The notes under the pieces were generated by a model that had not been told where the DNA came from, searched no databases, and worked only from the letters and a program-made list of their open reading frames with translations. DNA of 64,000 nt from Candidatus Omnitrophota bacterium. Its GTDB lineage: Bacteria > Omnitrophota > Gorgyraeia > 2-01-FULL-45-10. The stretch covers positions 82,654 to 146,653 of the forward strand of contig JAQVUX010000003.1 of the NCBI GenBank assembly GCA_028699255.1, given 5' to 3'. Shown here one piece after another: positions 19,293 through 29,213 of this stretch (within the stretch, counting starts at the first letter, position 1; each line of letters opens with the position of its first letter). The position numbers were made by a program, and so were the translations under genes.

Positions 19293-20276
19293 ATGGTGCA
19301 GATAAAACCCGACGGTAATTTTAACCCGCTGGGAGGAGTATCGGTTCATAGTGGAAAAACCGACGAGTATAGGGAATACAGGCGATGCTGGTCCGAATAC
19401 CCGTCTAATTTCATTCTGCGGGATTTTCCGATGCATCTGGATATCGAAATAACCAATCGCTGTAATCTCAAGTGTACATTTTGTGACAGGAGGCCGCATG
19501 TCGGCAAGGGCTCTTTCGGCGATATGGATATGGCGCTTTTTAAAAAAATAATCGATGAAGGAGCCGGCCATAAATTGTGGGCCTTGAAACTCAGTTACCG
19601 TGGAGAGCCGTTATTGCACAAGAATGTAGCGGAAATGGTCGGCTACGCGAAGAAGAAAGGCGTCCTGGACGTCTATTTTAATACGAACGGTATGCTCCTT
19701 ACCGAAGAGATAGCTAAAAAACTTATCGATGCCGGGCTTGACCGCATATCAATATCGATGGAAGGTACCGATCCGCTGGCTTATGAGAAGATGCGCGTTA
19801 ACGCGGAATTTGCCGTCGTCCTGAAAAATATCGATACGTTGGCAGGATTGAGAAAAAAGATGAAAGTGGAGCATCCTAAAATACGGATTCAGTCGGTCGA
19901 ATATCCCGGATTTGACCGGGATGAGTACGGACGTTTCTGGCTTTCTCACGGCGACGAAGTTGCTATGCTCGACTATACCGATATGTCCAAAAGGGTTGTC
20001 GGACTTACGGCTGATTGGGCCTGTCCTCAGTTATGGCAGCGCATGACCATAGAATGGAACGGGAATGTGCTACCGTGCAATAACGATGACCCGGGACGCT
20101 TATCTCCGGGTAACGTAAAGGATAGAGCTATATATGATTGCTGGCATGATCCGAAAGTCGACGAAGTGAGGCGACTGCATAGATCCGGTCGATCGCATGA
20201 GGCCGGGGATTGCAACGGTTGTCCATGGAGAACGGCTCAGATAAAGAAGACGCCGCGACGGGATGGTGTATCGTGA
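19293..20276 (+). CDS. Radical SAM protein with SPASM domain
   Basis: Start ATG 19293. CNLKCTFC (CxxxCxxC). C-terminal CNNDD...CWHD...CNGCPW SPASM-like cluster. Confidence 0.75.
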   Translation: MVQIKPDGNFNPLGGVSVHSGKTDEYREYRRCWSEYPSNFILRDFPMHLDIEITNRCNLKCTFCDRRPHVGKGSFGDMDMALFKKIIDEGAGHKLWALKLSYRGEPLLHKNVAEMVGYAKKKGVLDVYFNTNGMLLTEEIAKKLIDAGLDRISISMEGTDPLAYEKMRVNAEFAVVLKNIDTLAGLRKKMKVEHPKIRIQSVEYPGFDRDEYGRFWLSHGDEVAMLDYTDMSKRVVGLTADWACPQLWQRMTIEWNGNVLPCNNDDPGRLSPGNVKDRAIYDCWHDPKVDEVRRLHRSGRSHEAGDCNGCPWRTAQIKKTPRRDGVS

Positions 20277-20290
20277 AAAGTTATGGCTTG

Positions 20291-21265
20291 ATGAGGCCAC
20301 AGGATATATACGAGAAAGTTATTGCGCAGAGAGCGCTCGACGGCGAAGCCTTCTTTGAAAAATACAAAGACAGGTTTATCGACGTAAATTGCCCGGCTTG
20401 CGGCGCCTCCGGAGCATATGTTTTCAGTAAATACGGTTTTCGCCACTTACGATGCGAAAAATGCCTGACCTTATTCTGTTCGCCGCGTCCGTCGGATGAA
20501 CTGATAGCATATTATTACAATAATTATAAAGCGCCGCAGATGTGGACGGAGCTTTTGCTCAAGGCCGACGCCGCCCGGAAGGCTTTGCAATATAAGCCGC
20601 GCGTCGAGCGAATGATACGCGCTATGCGGGAAGCGCCGGCCGCGCGCGGAGGTGTCGCGCTCGATATAGGCGCGGGAAGCGGAGCTTTCTCCTTATGCCT
20701 TAAAAATTCCGGATTTTTTAAGGACGTTATCGCGATGGATTTTTCGGACTCGTGTGTCAAAGCTTGCCTCGAGCAGGGATTGCAGGCGTTAAAAGGCAGT
20801 ATTGGAGATGCCGGTAGTGGTTTTGCCGACGCTATCTTTATAAACGATCTCATCGAGCATCTCTCCGATCCGGCAGTTTTTTTGAAAGAATGCTCAAGGG
20901 TATTAAAGAGAAAAGGTTTTATCTCTATAGCCACGCCGAACGGTGAAGGATTCGATTTTAAAATCATGGATGCCGAAACGAAGAACATAACACCTCCGGA
21001 ACATTTGAATTATTTCAATACGCGCTCTATCGGCGTTCTTTTGGAAAGAGCCGGTTTTTGTGTTCTCTTTGCGGAAACACCCGGCATTCTGGATGTCGAT
21101 ATAATTTCAAAAGCACGCTCCTCGGGTTTTAACATAAAGGATAAGAACAGCTACATCGATTATATACTGGATCAGGATGAGAACGTTCTGAGTAATTTCC
21201 AAAAGTTCATTTCCGATAACAAACTATCCAGTCATATGCTTGTGATGGCCCAAAAGGGAGAATAA
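20291..21265 (+). CDS. Class I SAM-dependent methyltransferase with N-terminal Cys4 zinc ribbon (paralogue 3 of 3)
   Basis: CPACGASG...CEKC, LDIGAGSGAF motif I, IEHLSDP. Start uncertain: ATG 20291 preferred, ATG 20225 is the alternative. Confidence 0.6.
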   Translation: MRPQDIYEKVIAQRALDGEAFFEKYKDRFIDVNCPACGASGAYVFSKYGFRHLRCEKCLTLFCSPRPSDELIAYYYNNYKAPQMWTELLLKADAARKALQYKPRVERMIRAMREAPAARGGVALDIGAGSGAFSLCLKNSGFFKDVIAMDFSDSCVKACLEQGLQALKGSIGDAGSGFADAIFINDLIEHLSDPAVFLKECSRVLKRKGFISIATPNGEGFDFKIMDAETKNITPPEHLNYFNTRSIGVLLERAGFCVLFAETPGILDVDIISKARSSGFNIKDKNSYIDYILDQDENVLSNFQKFISDNKLSSHMLVMAQKGE

Positions 21266-21270
21266 CTTTT

Positions 21271-22344
21271 ATGTCGGATGCGAAAAAACATCTTAAGGAT
21301 ATCTACAGGACGCCGCCGAAGGAAGGTTCGAGGCTACGGTGCCTGCGCCTGGATATGAATGAAAATCCGTCGGGATTACCCGGAAACTTTGTAAAGAAAA
21401 CAGCCGGTAAGATCAACTCAAACGTTTTGTCGTCGTATCCGGAATGCGGCCGGCTGATCAAGAAGATCGCCGAGCGCGAAAATATCCTGCCGGAGAACGT
21501 GTCTCTTTCGAACGGGTCGGACGCGGCAATAAAGCATATATTCGACGCGTATATATCGGAGGGCGACAGGGTATTACTTACGGATCCGACATTTGCTATG
21601 TATTTCGTATATTGTAAAATATTTAAAGCGGATGTGATAAGCGTCCCGTATCTCCCGGACTTTTCCTTCCCGGAAGAAGATTTTTTAAAAGCTCTTTCAA
21701 ACGACGTCAGGATGGCCGTTATAGTGAACCCTAATAATCCGACGGGTAGCGTTATAAGCGACGCCGCGATCCAGAGGATCGTAAAGAAGGCGGCAGAGAA
21801 GAACGCGCTTATCGTGATAGATGAAGCCTATTTCTATTATTATCCCCGCACAGCGATTCGCCTGATAAAGAAGTTCAAAAACCTGATAGTTTTAAGAACG
21901 TTTTCCAAATTGTGCGGTATGGCGAACGCTAGGCTCGGCTATGCCGCCGCTTCCAGAGAGATCGTGGAGAGCTTGAGAAAGGTAACGCCGGGTTTTGATG
22001 TAAACGGCCTCGCTGTATTATTCGCGGCAGAATTACTGGATAGCCCGTCGATAATACGTAAAATGATACACCGGTCCGAAGAGGGCAAGAAATATATTGC
22101 CCGCAAACTATCGGATCATAAAATCGAATATGTATATGGATCCGCAAATTTCATATTGATCAAATGCGGGCGGAGAACAAAAGATATCATAGCGCGGCTT
22201 GCGAAAAAGAATATACTGGTCGGCGGCAATTTTAATCAGGATTTTCTCGCCGATTATATGCGTATCACTACGGGAGAAAAGAGGCTTATGGAAAAGTTCT
22301 GGAAGGCCTTTTTCGCCATATGGCGCAGGGAGGGACGTGTTTAA
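21271..22344 (+). CDS. Class I/II PLP aminotransferase, HisC family
   Basis: 357 aa. LDMNENP hallmark, NPNNPTG, SKLCGMANARLGY (PLP Lys). Confidence 0.75.
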   Translation: MSDAKKHLKDIYRTPPKEGSRLRCLRLDMNENPSGLPGNFVKKTAGKINSNVLSSYPECGRLIKKIAERENILPENVSLSNGSDAAIKHIFDAYISEGDRVLLTDPTFAMYFVYCKIFKADVISVPYLPDFSFPEEDFLKALSNDVRMAVIVNPNNPTGSVISDAAIQRIVKKAAEKNALIVIDEAYFYYYPRTAIRLIKKFKNLIVLRTFSKLCGMANARLGYAAASREIVESLRKVTPGFDVNGLAVLFAAELLDSPSIIRKMIHRSEEGKKYIARKLSDHKIEYVYGSANFILIKCGRRTKDIIARLAKKNILVGGNFNQDFLADYMRITTGEKRLMEKFWKAFFAIWRREGRV

Positions 22345-23258
22345 TGAATGCCAAAGTCGCTATTTTAACTACATCTTTTGGTGAATACGACAAGTCTCCC
22401 GTAGAATTCTGCGAGAGAGCGGGTTATGCGGTTACTTTTAATCCTTACGGCAGAAAACTGAAGCCGGATGAGGTCGTGAGGGTTGCCGGAGAGGCTGTCG
22501 GGATCATCGCGGGTACGGAAACCATATCCGCCGATACGCTTTCAGGGTTGCCGCGGCTTAAAGTTATTTCGCGATGCGGAGTGGGGATGGAGAATGTCGA
22601 TCTCGAGGCCGCCAAGCGGCATGGGATAATAGTATTTAACACTCCGGACGCTCCTACGGAAGCCGTTGCCGAACTTACGATAGGCCTTATCCTTAATCTT
22701 CTTCGCAAAACGAGCCGTATGGACAGAGCCGTTAGGAACGGAGTGTGGGAAAAATCGATGGGCAATCTTTTGAGCGGCAAGCATGTAGGAATAATAGGTT
22801 TTGGCAGGATTGGAAAGAGGGTGGCGGAATTATTAACCGTCTTTGGATGCGAAGTTATTTATTACGATCCTTTTATAAAAGAAAAATCGCCGGGATTTAA
22901 GTCTGTATCGATGGCGGAATTGCTTAAAACCTCGGACATAGTTAGCGTTCATGCTTCGACGAAAGAGACGATATTGAGAGGATCCGAAATATCTTCCATG
23001 AAGAAGGGCGGCTGGCTCATAAATATTTCCCGGGGAGAAGCCGTCGATGAGGATGCGTTATATTCCGCCTTGAAGAGCGGGCATCTTGCAGGAGCGGCAA
23101 TGGATGTTTTTAAAGAGGAACCTTATAAGGGGCCTCTCATAGAATTAAATAATGTTGTTTTGACCCCGCACGTGGGTTCATACGCAAAAGAGTCGCGCAT
23201 ACAGATGGAAAAACAAGCGGTTGAAAATCTACTAAAAGGACTGGGGGGCGCTATATGA
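22344..23258 (+). CDS. D-isomer-specific 2-hydroxyacid dehydrogenase (SerA/PGDH-like, NAD-binding)
   Basis: Start ATG 22344 (TAATG overlap). GIIGFGRIGKRVA Rossmann motif; catalytic R/E/H positions typical. Confidence 0.8.
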   Translation: MNAKVAILTTSFGEYDKSPVEFCERAGYAVTFNPYGRKLKPDEVVRVAGEAVGIIAGTETISADTLSGLPRLKVISRCGVGMENVDLEAAKRHGIIVFNTPDAPTEAVAELTIGLILNLLRKTSRMDRAVRNGVWEKSMGNLLSGKHVGIIGFGRIGKRVAELLTVFGCEVIYYDPFIKEKSPGFKSVSMAELLKTSDIVSVHASTKETILRGSEISSMKKGGWLINISRGEAVDEDALYSALKSGHLAGAAMDVFKEEPYKGPLIELNNVVLTPHVGSYAKESRIQMEKQAVENLLKGLGGAI

Positions 23259-24124
23259 AAGCGATAGTATTCGGGGGTTCCGGATTTTTAGGCAGTCATG
23301 TTGCCGACACCCTGACGGAACAGGGTCATGATGTTACGATATACGATACTGCCCGTTCAAAATATTTGCATGGTTCACAGAAGATGGTTACGGGCGATAT
23401 CATGGACGAGAAGCTTGTTGAGCGTACCGTGCAAGGCGCGGATGTGGTTTATAATTTCGCGGGTATTTCCGATATAGAAGAATCTAGCCATCGCCCTCTG
23501 GACGCGGTAAAGTTTAACATTCTCGGTAATACTATTATCCTGGATAGCTGTTGTAAGGCGAAGGTTAAGCGCTTCGTATTTGCCAGCTCCGTGTATGTGT
23601 ACAGTAAGACCGGTTCTTTCTATCGTAGTACGAAGCAGGCCTGCGAACTTCTCATCGAAAATTATAGCGAAGTTTATGGATTGCAGTTTACTATCCTGCG
23701 GTACGGTTCTCTGTATGGCCCGCGCGCAGGCGAAGATACCTTCATGTACCGTATGCTGAAGCAGGCTCTCACGGAAAAGAAGATAACGCGCGAAGGGGAC
23801 GGAGAGGAGATAAGGGAATACATCCATGTCTACGACGCGGCCCGTTGCAGTGTCGAAATATTATCGGAGGAGTTTGCCGGGCAGTATGTCATTATAACGG
23901 GTAATCAGCAGATGAAAGTGAAAGACCTGCTTTTGATGATAAATGAGATGCTTGGCAATTCGATAGCCATAGAGTATATAGCGCCTAAAAATAATTTTCA
24001 TTATGAAATCACCCCGTACACCTTTACGCCGAAGATAGCGAAGCGGTATATTAGCAAGACATATCTGGATCTGGGCCAGGGCATCCTGAAATCTATGCAG
24101 GGTATCTACGAAGGGTTGAAATGA
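23255..24124 (+). CDS. NAD-dependent epimerase/dehydratase (SDR)
   Basis: 289 aa. GGSGFLGSH, YRSTK (YxxxK). Confidence 0.7.
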   Translation: MKAIVFGGSGFLGSHVADTLTEQGHDVTIYDTARSKYLHGSQKMVTGDIMDEKLVERTVQGADVVYNFAGISDIEESSHRPLDAVKFNILGNTIILDSCCKAKVKRFVFASSVYVYSKTGSFYRSTKQACELLIENYSEVYGLQFTILRYGSLYGPRAGEDTFMYRMLKQALTEKKITREGDGEEIREYIHVYDAARCSVEILSEEFAGQYVIITGNQQMKVKDLLLMINEMLGNSIAIEYIAPKNNFHYEITPYTFTPKIAKRYISKTYLDLGQGILKSMQGIYEGLK

Positions 24125-24792
24125 AAAAGCTTATCGCTCTATCGTATCCCATAGACGACGAGACGCCTCTGTATCCGGGAACTCCGCCCGTGGAGTTTAA
24201 AAAAATAAAAGACCAAGGCTCCGGCGATAGTTGTAACACGTATTACGCCGGAATGTCGAACCATTCCGGAACGCATATAGAGGCCTCCGGCCATTTTTAT
24301 CGGGGCGGCAGGACGATAGCTGATTGCGCTCGTACGGAGTTTTTTTACGAAAAACCGCTGATTGTCGACTGTCCGAAAGATAAAAATGAGATGGTAGAAA
24401 TTAAAGATATGAAATTAAAAATCGGCACATCGGCTCCGGATATTCTGCTGATAAAGACCGGATTTTCACGGCACAGGTCGGATCCTGATACTTATTGCCG
24501 TAAAAACCCGTATCTTTCCACGGAAGCCGCGAGGTGGTTGCGCAGTAATTTTCCCGGGATTAAGACTATAGGAATAGATTGCATCTCGTTCTCGTCCTAT
24601 CTGCACAGAGATATCGGGCGCGAAATACACAAGATATTGCTTTCGTCCGAAGGGGAAGATAAGGGCGGTCTTTTATTACTGGAAGATATATATATACCGG
24701 CGGATGTAAAAAAACTGGACCAGGTAGCCGTGTTTCCCGTTTTCCGAGGAGCGCTTGACGCCTCACCATGCGTCATTATAGGGATACTATGA
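24121..24792 (+). CDS. Cyclase-family protein (kynurenine-formamidase-like metal hydrolase)
   Basis: 223 aa. HSGTHIEASGHF (HxGTHxD...H motif). Confidence 0.55.
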   Translation: MKKLIALSYPIDDETPLYPGTPPVEFKKIKDQGSGDSCNTYYAGMSNHSGTHIEASGHFYRGGRTIADCARTEFFYEKPLIVDCPKDKNEMVEIKDMKLKIGTSAPDILLIKTGFSRHRSDPDTYCRKNPYLSTEAARWLRSNFPGIKTIGIDCISFSSYLHRDIGREIHKILLSSEGEDKGGLLLLEDIYIPADVKKLDQVAVFPVFRGALDASPCVIIGIL

Positions 24793-25433
24793 TCAGAAAC
24801 GTGTTTTTAGATTTCGATGGAGTGGTTGTTGAGTCCGTGGACATAAAGACGCGCGCCTTTGCGAAATTATTTGAAGTGGAAGGCCCCGCCGTTATGAAAA
24901 AAGTAATCGATTACCATGTCAATAATACAGGCGTATCCCGTTATGATAAATTCCGCTATATATACAGCGAGATATTAAAACGCTCTCTGCCGGAAGATGA
25001 GTTCCGGAGGCTTTGCGATTCTTTCGCGCGGCTCGTTCTGGATGCGGTAGTGTCGGTTCCGTATGTAAAAGGGGCAAAAGAATTCCTGAGTAGCTGTGCT
25101 TCGAAATATCGCCTGTTTATTGTATCTGCTACGCCTCAAAAAGAGATAGAGGAAATAGTAAAAAGGCGCGGTATAGCAAAATTCTTCAAAGGCGTATACG
25201 GCGCCCCGAACAGCAAGGCCGATTCGGTTAAAAATATACTCGCGGAAGATGGTACCGATCCCGCGGACTCGGTATATATAGGAGATGCTTTAAGTGATTA
25301 CACCGCGGCCAAATCGAATGGAGTTAAATTCATCGCGCGGATAAACAACAATGAAGAGATATTCGCCGGTATAGATTGCCCGAAGGTGAAGGATCTCGAC
25401 GGGGTCGACCTGAAGATAGGATCGTTGCGATGA
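24789..25433 (+). CDS. HAD-superfamily hydrolase/phosphatase
   Basis: Start ATG 24789 (ATGA overlap). FLDFDGVVV motif I. GDALSD motif IV. Confidence 0.65.
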   Translation: MIRNVFLDFDGVVVESVDIKTRAFAKLFEVEGPAVMKKVIDYHVNNTGVSRYDKFRYIYSEILKRSLPEDEFRRLCDSFARLVLDAVVSVPYVKGAKEFLSSCASKYRLFIVSATPQKEIEEIVKRRGIAKFFKGVYGAPNSKADSVKNILAEDGTDPADSVYIGDALSDYTAAKSNGVKFIARINNNEEIFAGIDCPKVKDLDGVDLKIGSLR

Positions 25434-27391
25434 AACTGCTGGTGATTTTTGACAACTCGATCGATATCGAAAAATTAAGGCTTATCCTGGATACCGTAAG
25501 CACTGAAGGCGTGGCTATTTTTCCCTTAACAGCGGAACAGATCATATCGGACAGGGTCAAAGGCGTACTCGGGGAAAAATTCAATGACATCGAATATATA
25601 GACAGCATAACGGAAACCGAAAAGCAGGTCGGAATAATCAGGGGCGGCATATCGAAATGGTCCGCCGATATAGGTGATGGCAAAGTAGGTGCCCGGACTG
25701 TTAAAGAGCGTCTGATCCTGCCCGGATATGACGTAAGCGCCTGGTGGCTTAGTTTTTTAGCCGAAAAGAGCACATGCAAGACAGACGCCTTTTTTCGGTT
25801 GGCGCAGGCGCGCGCGGTCAAAGTTTTGCTTGCCGGAGGGAAATATAAGGCCTGTATCGAAGCGGTGTCGGATGAAGGTTTGCGAAAGTCCATACTGTTA
25901 ACCGCTATAAAAAATAATGTGTGTCTAAAGACAGTTTCGGCGTATCGCAAAAAGGGCACGACAGTAGCGGTCTACCTTATTAAGAGTTTCCTTTACGGCG
26001 CTCAATTTTTTATGCGCGCCTGCTATGCCCGTCGAGTCCTCGGGCCCTTCGGGAAAAGAGAGCCGGCTCAGAAATCACTTCTTTTTGTTACATACTTTCC
26101 TGCCGTCGAAATAAGCGGAAAAGATAACGGTGTATTCAGGAATAAATATGCGACGGCTCTCCAGGATAAGCTAAAAGAGCTCCGGATCCCGGTGGCCTGG
26201 CTTTTAATGTATTGCCTCGGTCCGGACAGCGGTAGCTTTAATGAGGCGGTCAAGACTGCTGAGAGATTTGCCAAAGGCGGCGATAGACTTTTCATGCTCG
26301 AGGAGTTCCTCGCGTTAAAAGATTTTGTAAAAAGTATTGCGTTATGGCTACGTCAGGTATTTATAGCCGGCTCGCTGATCGGAGATATTGATAAAAAAAT
26401 ACTTTTGGCCGCGCCATTCGGAGAAGAAAGCGAGCCCATTATACGAGAGCTGTGGAACGAATCCTTCTATGGCCCGAAAAGTATCGACGGTATATTGCAT
26501 TTTATCGCCTTTAAAAATATTTTTACAACCGTTCCGAATATCGGTGCCTGTCTTTATTACTGTGAGATGCAGGCGTGGGAAAAGGCGCTAAATGCCGCTA
26601 AAAAATATAACCGTGAGAAGATGGGGACGATAGGGTTTCTGCATACCTCGGTATCGAGGAATGATTTTCAGTATCTTTACGGTAAGGGCGAGCTGGATAT
26701 AGAAAACGGTGTTTCGGCCCTGCCTCAGCCGGATACGCTGGTTTGTAATGGCGAAGCCGCGTATGATTACTTTACGCGTTTAGGATATCGAGACGTAGTC
26801 AAGGCCGAATCGATCCGTTATTTGTATCTCGATAAAATATTGACGTCGGAGATATCTCATCCGGCAGAGGCTCGGCCCATATTGCTGGTGGCAGGATCCC
26901 TGAAAGAATCTGAGTCGACCCCTTTAGTTGTTATCGCCGATGCCGCCGCGGCCGGGAACAAGGATTGGGAAGTATGGTTCAAATGGCATCCCGCCGCTTT
27001 ACCACTGGATAAGATATTCGCAAAGCTGGGCATAGACAGGGCCTCGGCAGGATATTTAATACGCACGGATAATATATCAGATTGTCTTTCGCGGGCTACG
27101 GCGGTTATCGTTCCGACGAGTACAGTTGCCATCGAGGCGCTCGCTTTCGGTTGTGAGGTCATAGTCCCGTACTTTCCGAATTCTATTCAGCTGAATCCGT
27201 TGACGGATTTTGACGGCTACTGTCACAAGGTGAGATCTTCCGCGGAACTTGCGGAAACCTTAAAAAAGATCGCCGGCGGATACCGCCTGCATACGATACG
27301 CGAATACCGGGATTTTATACGAAGGTACTGGTGTCTTGATGAAAAGCTTGGTAGGTGGGAGGACATATTGAAGACAAGGGCTAAAATATGA
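25430..27391 (+). CDS. Hypothetical protein (653 aa, C-terminal GT-B/capsule-biosynthesis-like region)
   Basis: Start ATG 25430 (ATGA overlap). No named motif. Confidence 0.45.
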   Translation: MKLLVIFDNSIDIEKLRLILDTVSTEGVAIFPLTAEQIISDRVKGVLGEKFNDIEYIDSITETEKQVGIIRGGISKWSADIGDGKVGARTVKERLILPGYDVSAWWLSFLAEKSTCKTDAFFRLAQARAVKVLLAGGKYKACIEAVSDEGLRKSILLTAIKNNVCLKTVSAYRKKGTTVAVYLIKSFLYGAQFFMRACYARRVLGPFGKREPAQKSLLFVTYFPAVEISGKDNGVFRNKYATALQDKLKELRIPVAWLLMYCLGPDSGSFNEAVKTAERFAKGGDRLFMLEEFLALKDFVKSIALWLRQVFIAGSLIGDIDKKILLAAPFGEESEPIIRELWNESFYGPKSIDGILHFIAFKNIFTTVPNIGACLYYCEMQAWEKALNAAKKYNREKMGTIGFLHTSVSRNDFQYLYGKGELDIENGVSALPQPDTLVCNGEAAYDYFTRLGYRDVVKAESIRYLYLDKILTSEISHPAEARPILLVAGSLKESESTPLVVIADAAAAGNKDWEVWFKWHPAALPLDKIFAKLGIDRASAGYLIRTDNISDCLSRATAVIVPTSTVAIEALAFGCEVIVPYFPNSIQLNPLTDFDGYCHKVRSSAELAETLKKIAGGYRLHTIREYRDFIRRYWCLDEKLGRWEDILKTRAKI

Positions 27392-28287
27392 ACGTACTTA
27401 TAACGGGAGCGACCGGCCTTCTGGGCAAATCCCTGGTAGAGACGAAGGACGTTTCCGATAAGATAACGGGTGTCTATCTTGGCAAGTACAAGATAAAGGA
27501 TGCCGATGGCGCGACGTACCGTTCTCTGGATATTCAGGACGGGGAGGCCGTTCGTAGCGTTATCCGTAATAATAATATAGACGTGGTTATTCACACGGCA
27601 GGCGCTTCAGACGTAGATTTTTGCCAGACGCATTATGAGTCCGCATATGGTTCTAATGTGGCGGGAACGCGGAATATAATTAACGCGTGCGAAGAAAAAG
27701 GGATAAAGTCGATCTATATATCGACCAACGCGGTTTTCGACGGCAGGCATCCGCCGTATAAAGAAGACGATATTACTAATCCGATAAACAAGTATGGCGA
27801 ATTGAAGCTGGAATGCGAGGCGATCGTAACGGGCCGGATAAAGGACCATATAATCGTCCGGCCGATACTTATGTACGGCTGGAATAATGCCAATGAGAGG
27901 AAGAATCTTGTTACCGCGCTTTTGGAAAAACTTCCGAAAGGCGAGCCGGTAAATATGGTGACAGATATTTACGATAATCCTTTATCGTCGTGTCAATGCG
28001 CGGAATCGGTCTGGGCGCTTATACGGAAAGGCAGTCGCGGCATTTATCATGTTGCCGGCAGGGATATCGTCAATCGCTATGAATACGCCATGGAAATAGC
28101 GGATGTTTTTGGCCTGAACCGTGGCTTGATCAAGGCCGTAGACAGCAGTTTTTTCCCGAATATAGCCCCGCGGCCTAAGAATACCTCCTATAGCACGAAA
28201 AAACTTGAGAAAGAAATTGGTTTTTCCCCTCTGGGATTAAAAGAAGGGCTTGCCCTTATGAAAAATTCTCGGGAAGGGTGCTTATGA
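27388..28287 (+). CDS. dTDP-4-dehydrorhamnose reductase-like (RmlD family SDR)
   Basis: 299 aa. ITGATGLLG, NAVFDG, YGELK (YxxxK). Confidence 0.7.
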   Translation: MNVLITGATGLLGKSLVETKDVSDKITGVYLGKYKIKDADGATYRSLDIQDGEAVRSVIRNNNIDVVIHTAGASDVDFCQTHYESAYGSNVAGTRNIINACEEKGIKSIYISTNAVFDGRHPPYKEDDITNPINKYGELKLECEAIVTGRIKDHIIVRPILMYGWNNANERKNLVTALLEKLPKGEPVNMVTDIYDNPLSSCQCAESVWALIRKGSRGIYHVAGRDIVNRYEYAMEIADVFGLNRGLIKAVDSSFFPNIAPRPKNTSYSTKKLEKEIGFSPLGLKEGLALMKNSREGCL

Positions 28288-29198
28288 AAGACCGTATCGC
28301 GGTAAGCGTGGTTATCACGGCATACAATCACGGAAGATATATCGGCGAAACAATAAAGTCGGTGCTCAATCAGTCATTTCAAGATTTTGAAATAATAGTA
28401 TTAGATGACGGCTCTCCAGACAATACCAGGGAAGTGGTTTTGGGATTTAAAGACAGCAGGATAAAGTATTATTATCAGAAGAACAGCGGATTGCCCGCGT
28501 GCGGCAGGAATGCCGGTATCGTCCTGGCGCAAGGTAGATATATAGCGCTTATGGACGGAGATGATTTCTGGCACCGGGATAAACTGTTAAAGAGCGTTAA
28601 GGTGTTGGATGATATGCCGGATATCGCGCTCGTCTGCCACAATGAGAATATAGTGAATGGCGATAAGGTGGTCAAACAGTCTTCTTATGCGCAACTTCAG
28701 GAAGATATGTACAGCCAGTTGCTCTTCAGCGGAAATTGCCTACACACTTCCGCGGTTATTTTCCGTCGGGAAGTGTTTTTCGGGGATGGTTTTAAATTTT
28801 GCGAGGACAGGGACCTTTACACGGTAGAAGATTATGAATACTGGCTGAGATTATCGCGGGAGTACAAATTTTATTTTATGCCTGAGGTTCTCGGATCTTG
28901 CAGGATAACGGATACGGGCGCTTTTCAGGCCAGCGAAGGAGCGAATGCCGCAAATATGCTTAAGCTCCTTGACCGGGAATTCGCCAAGATGACGGTAAAG
29001 ACGAAGGAGACGGCGGAGAAGATGAAAAAGCGTCGCTCCGCGGTCATGTCCGCGGCGGGAAGGCTTTTTAACCATAAAGGTAATTTCGCCGATAGTAAAA
29101 GATGGTGTTATGAAGCGATGAAAGAATTTCCGTTCAATTATAAAGCATATGCGCTTTTTCTGGCATCCGCTTTTAAGTTTAAAATACAGTATAAATAG
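28284..29198 (+). CDS. GT2 glycosyltransferase
   Basis: Start ATG 28284 (ATGA overlap). VVITAYNHG...DDGSPD...DGDD motifs. Confidence 0.75.
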   Translation: MKDRIAVSVVITAYNHGRYIGETIKSVLNQSFQDFEIIVLDDGSPDNTREVVLGFKDSRIKYYYQKNSGLPACGRNAGIVLAQGRYIALMDGDDFWHRDKLLKSVKVLDDMPDIALVCHNENIVNGDKVVKQSSYAQLQEDMYSQLLFSGNCLHTSAVIFRREVFFGDGFKFCEDRDLYTVEDYEYWLRLSREYKFYFMPEVLGSCRITDTGAFQASEGANAANMLKLLDREFAKMTVKTKETAEKMKKRRSAVMSAAGRLFNHKGNFADSKRWCYEAMKEFPFNYKAYALFLASAFKFKIQYK

Positions 29199-29213
29199 AA
29201 CCGAAAGCATGTA

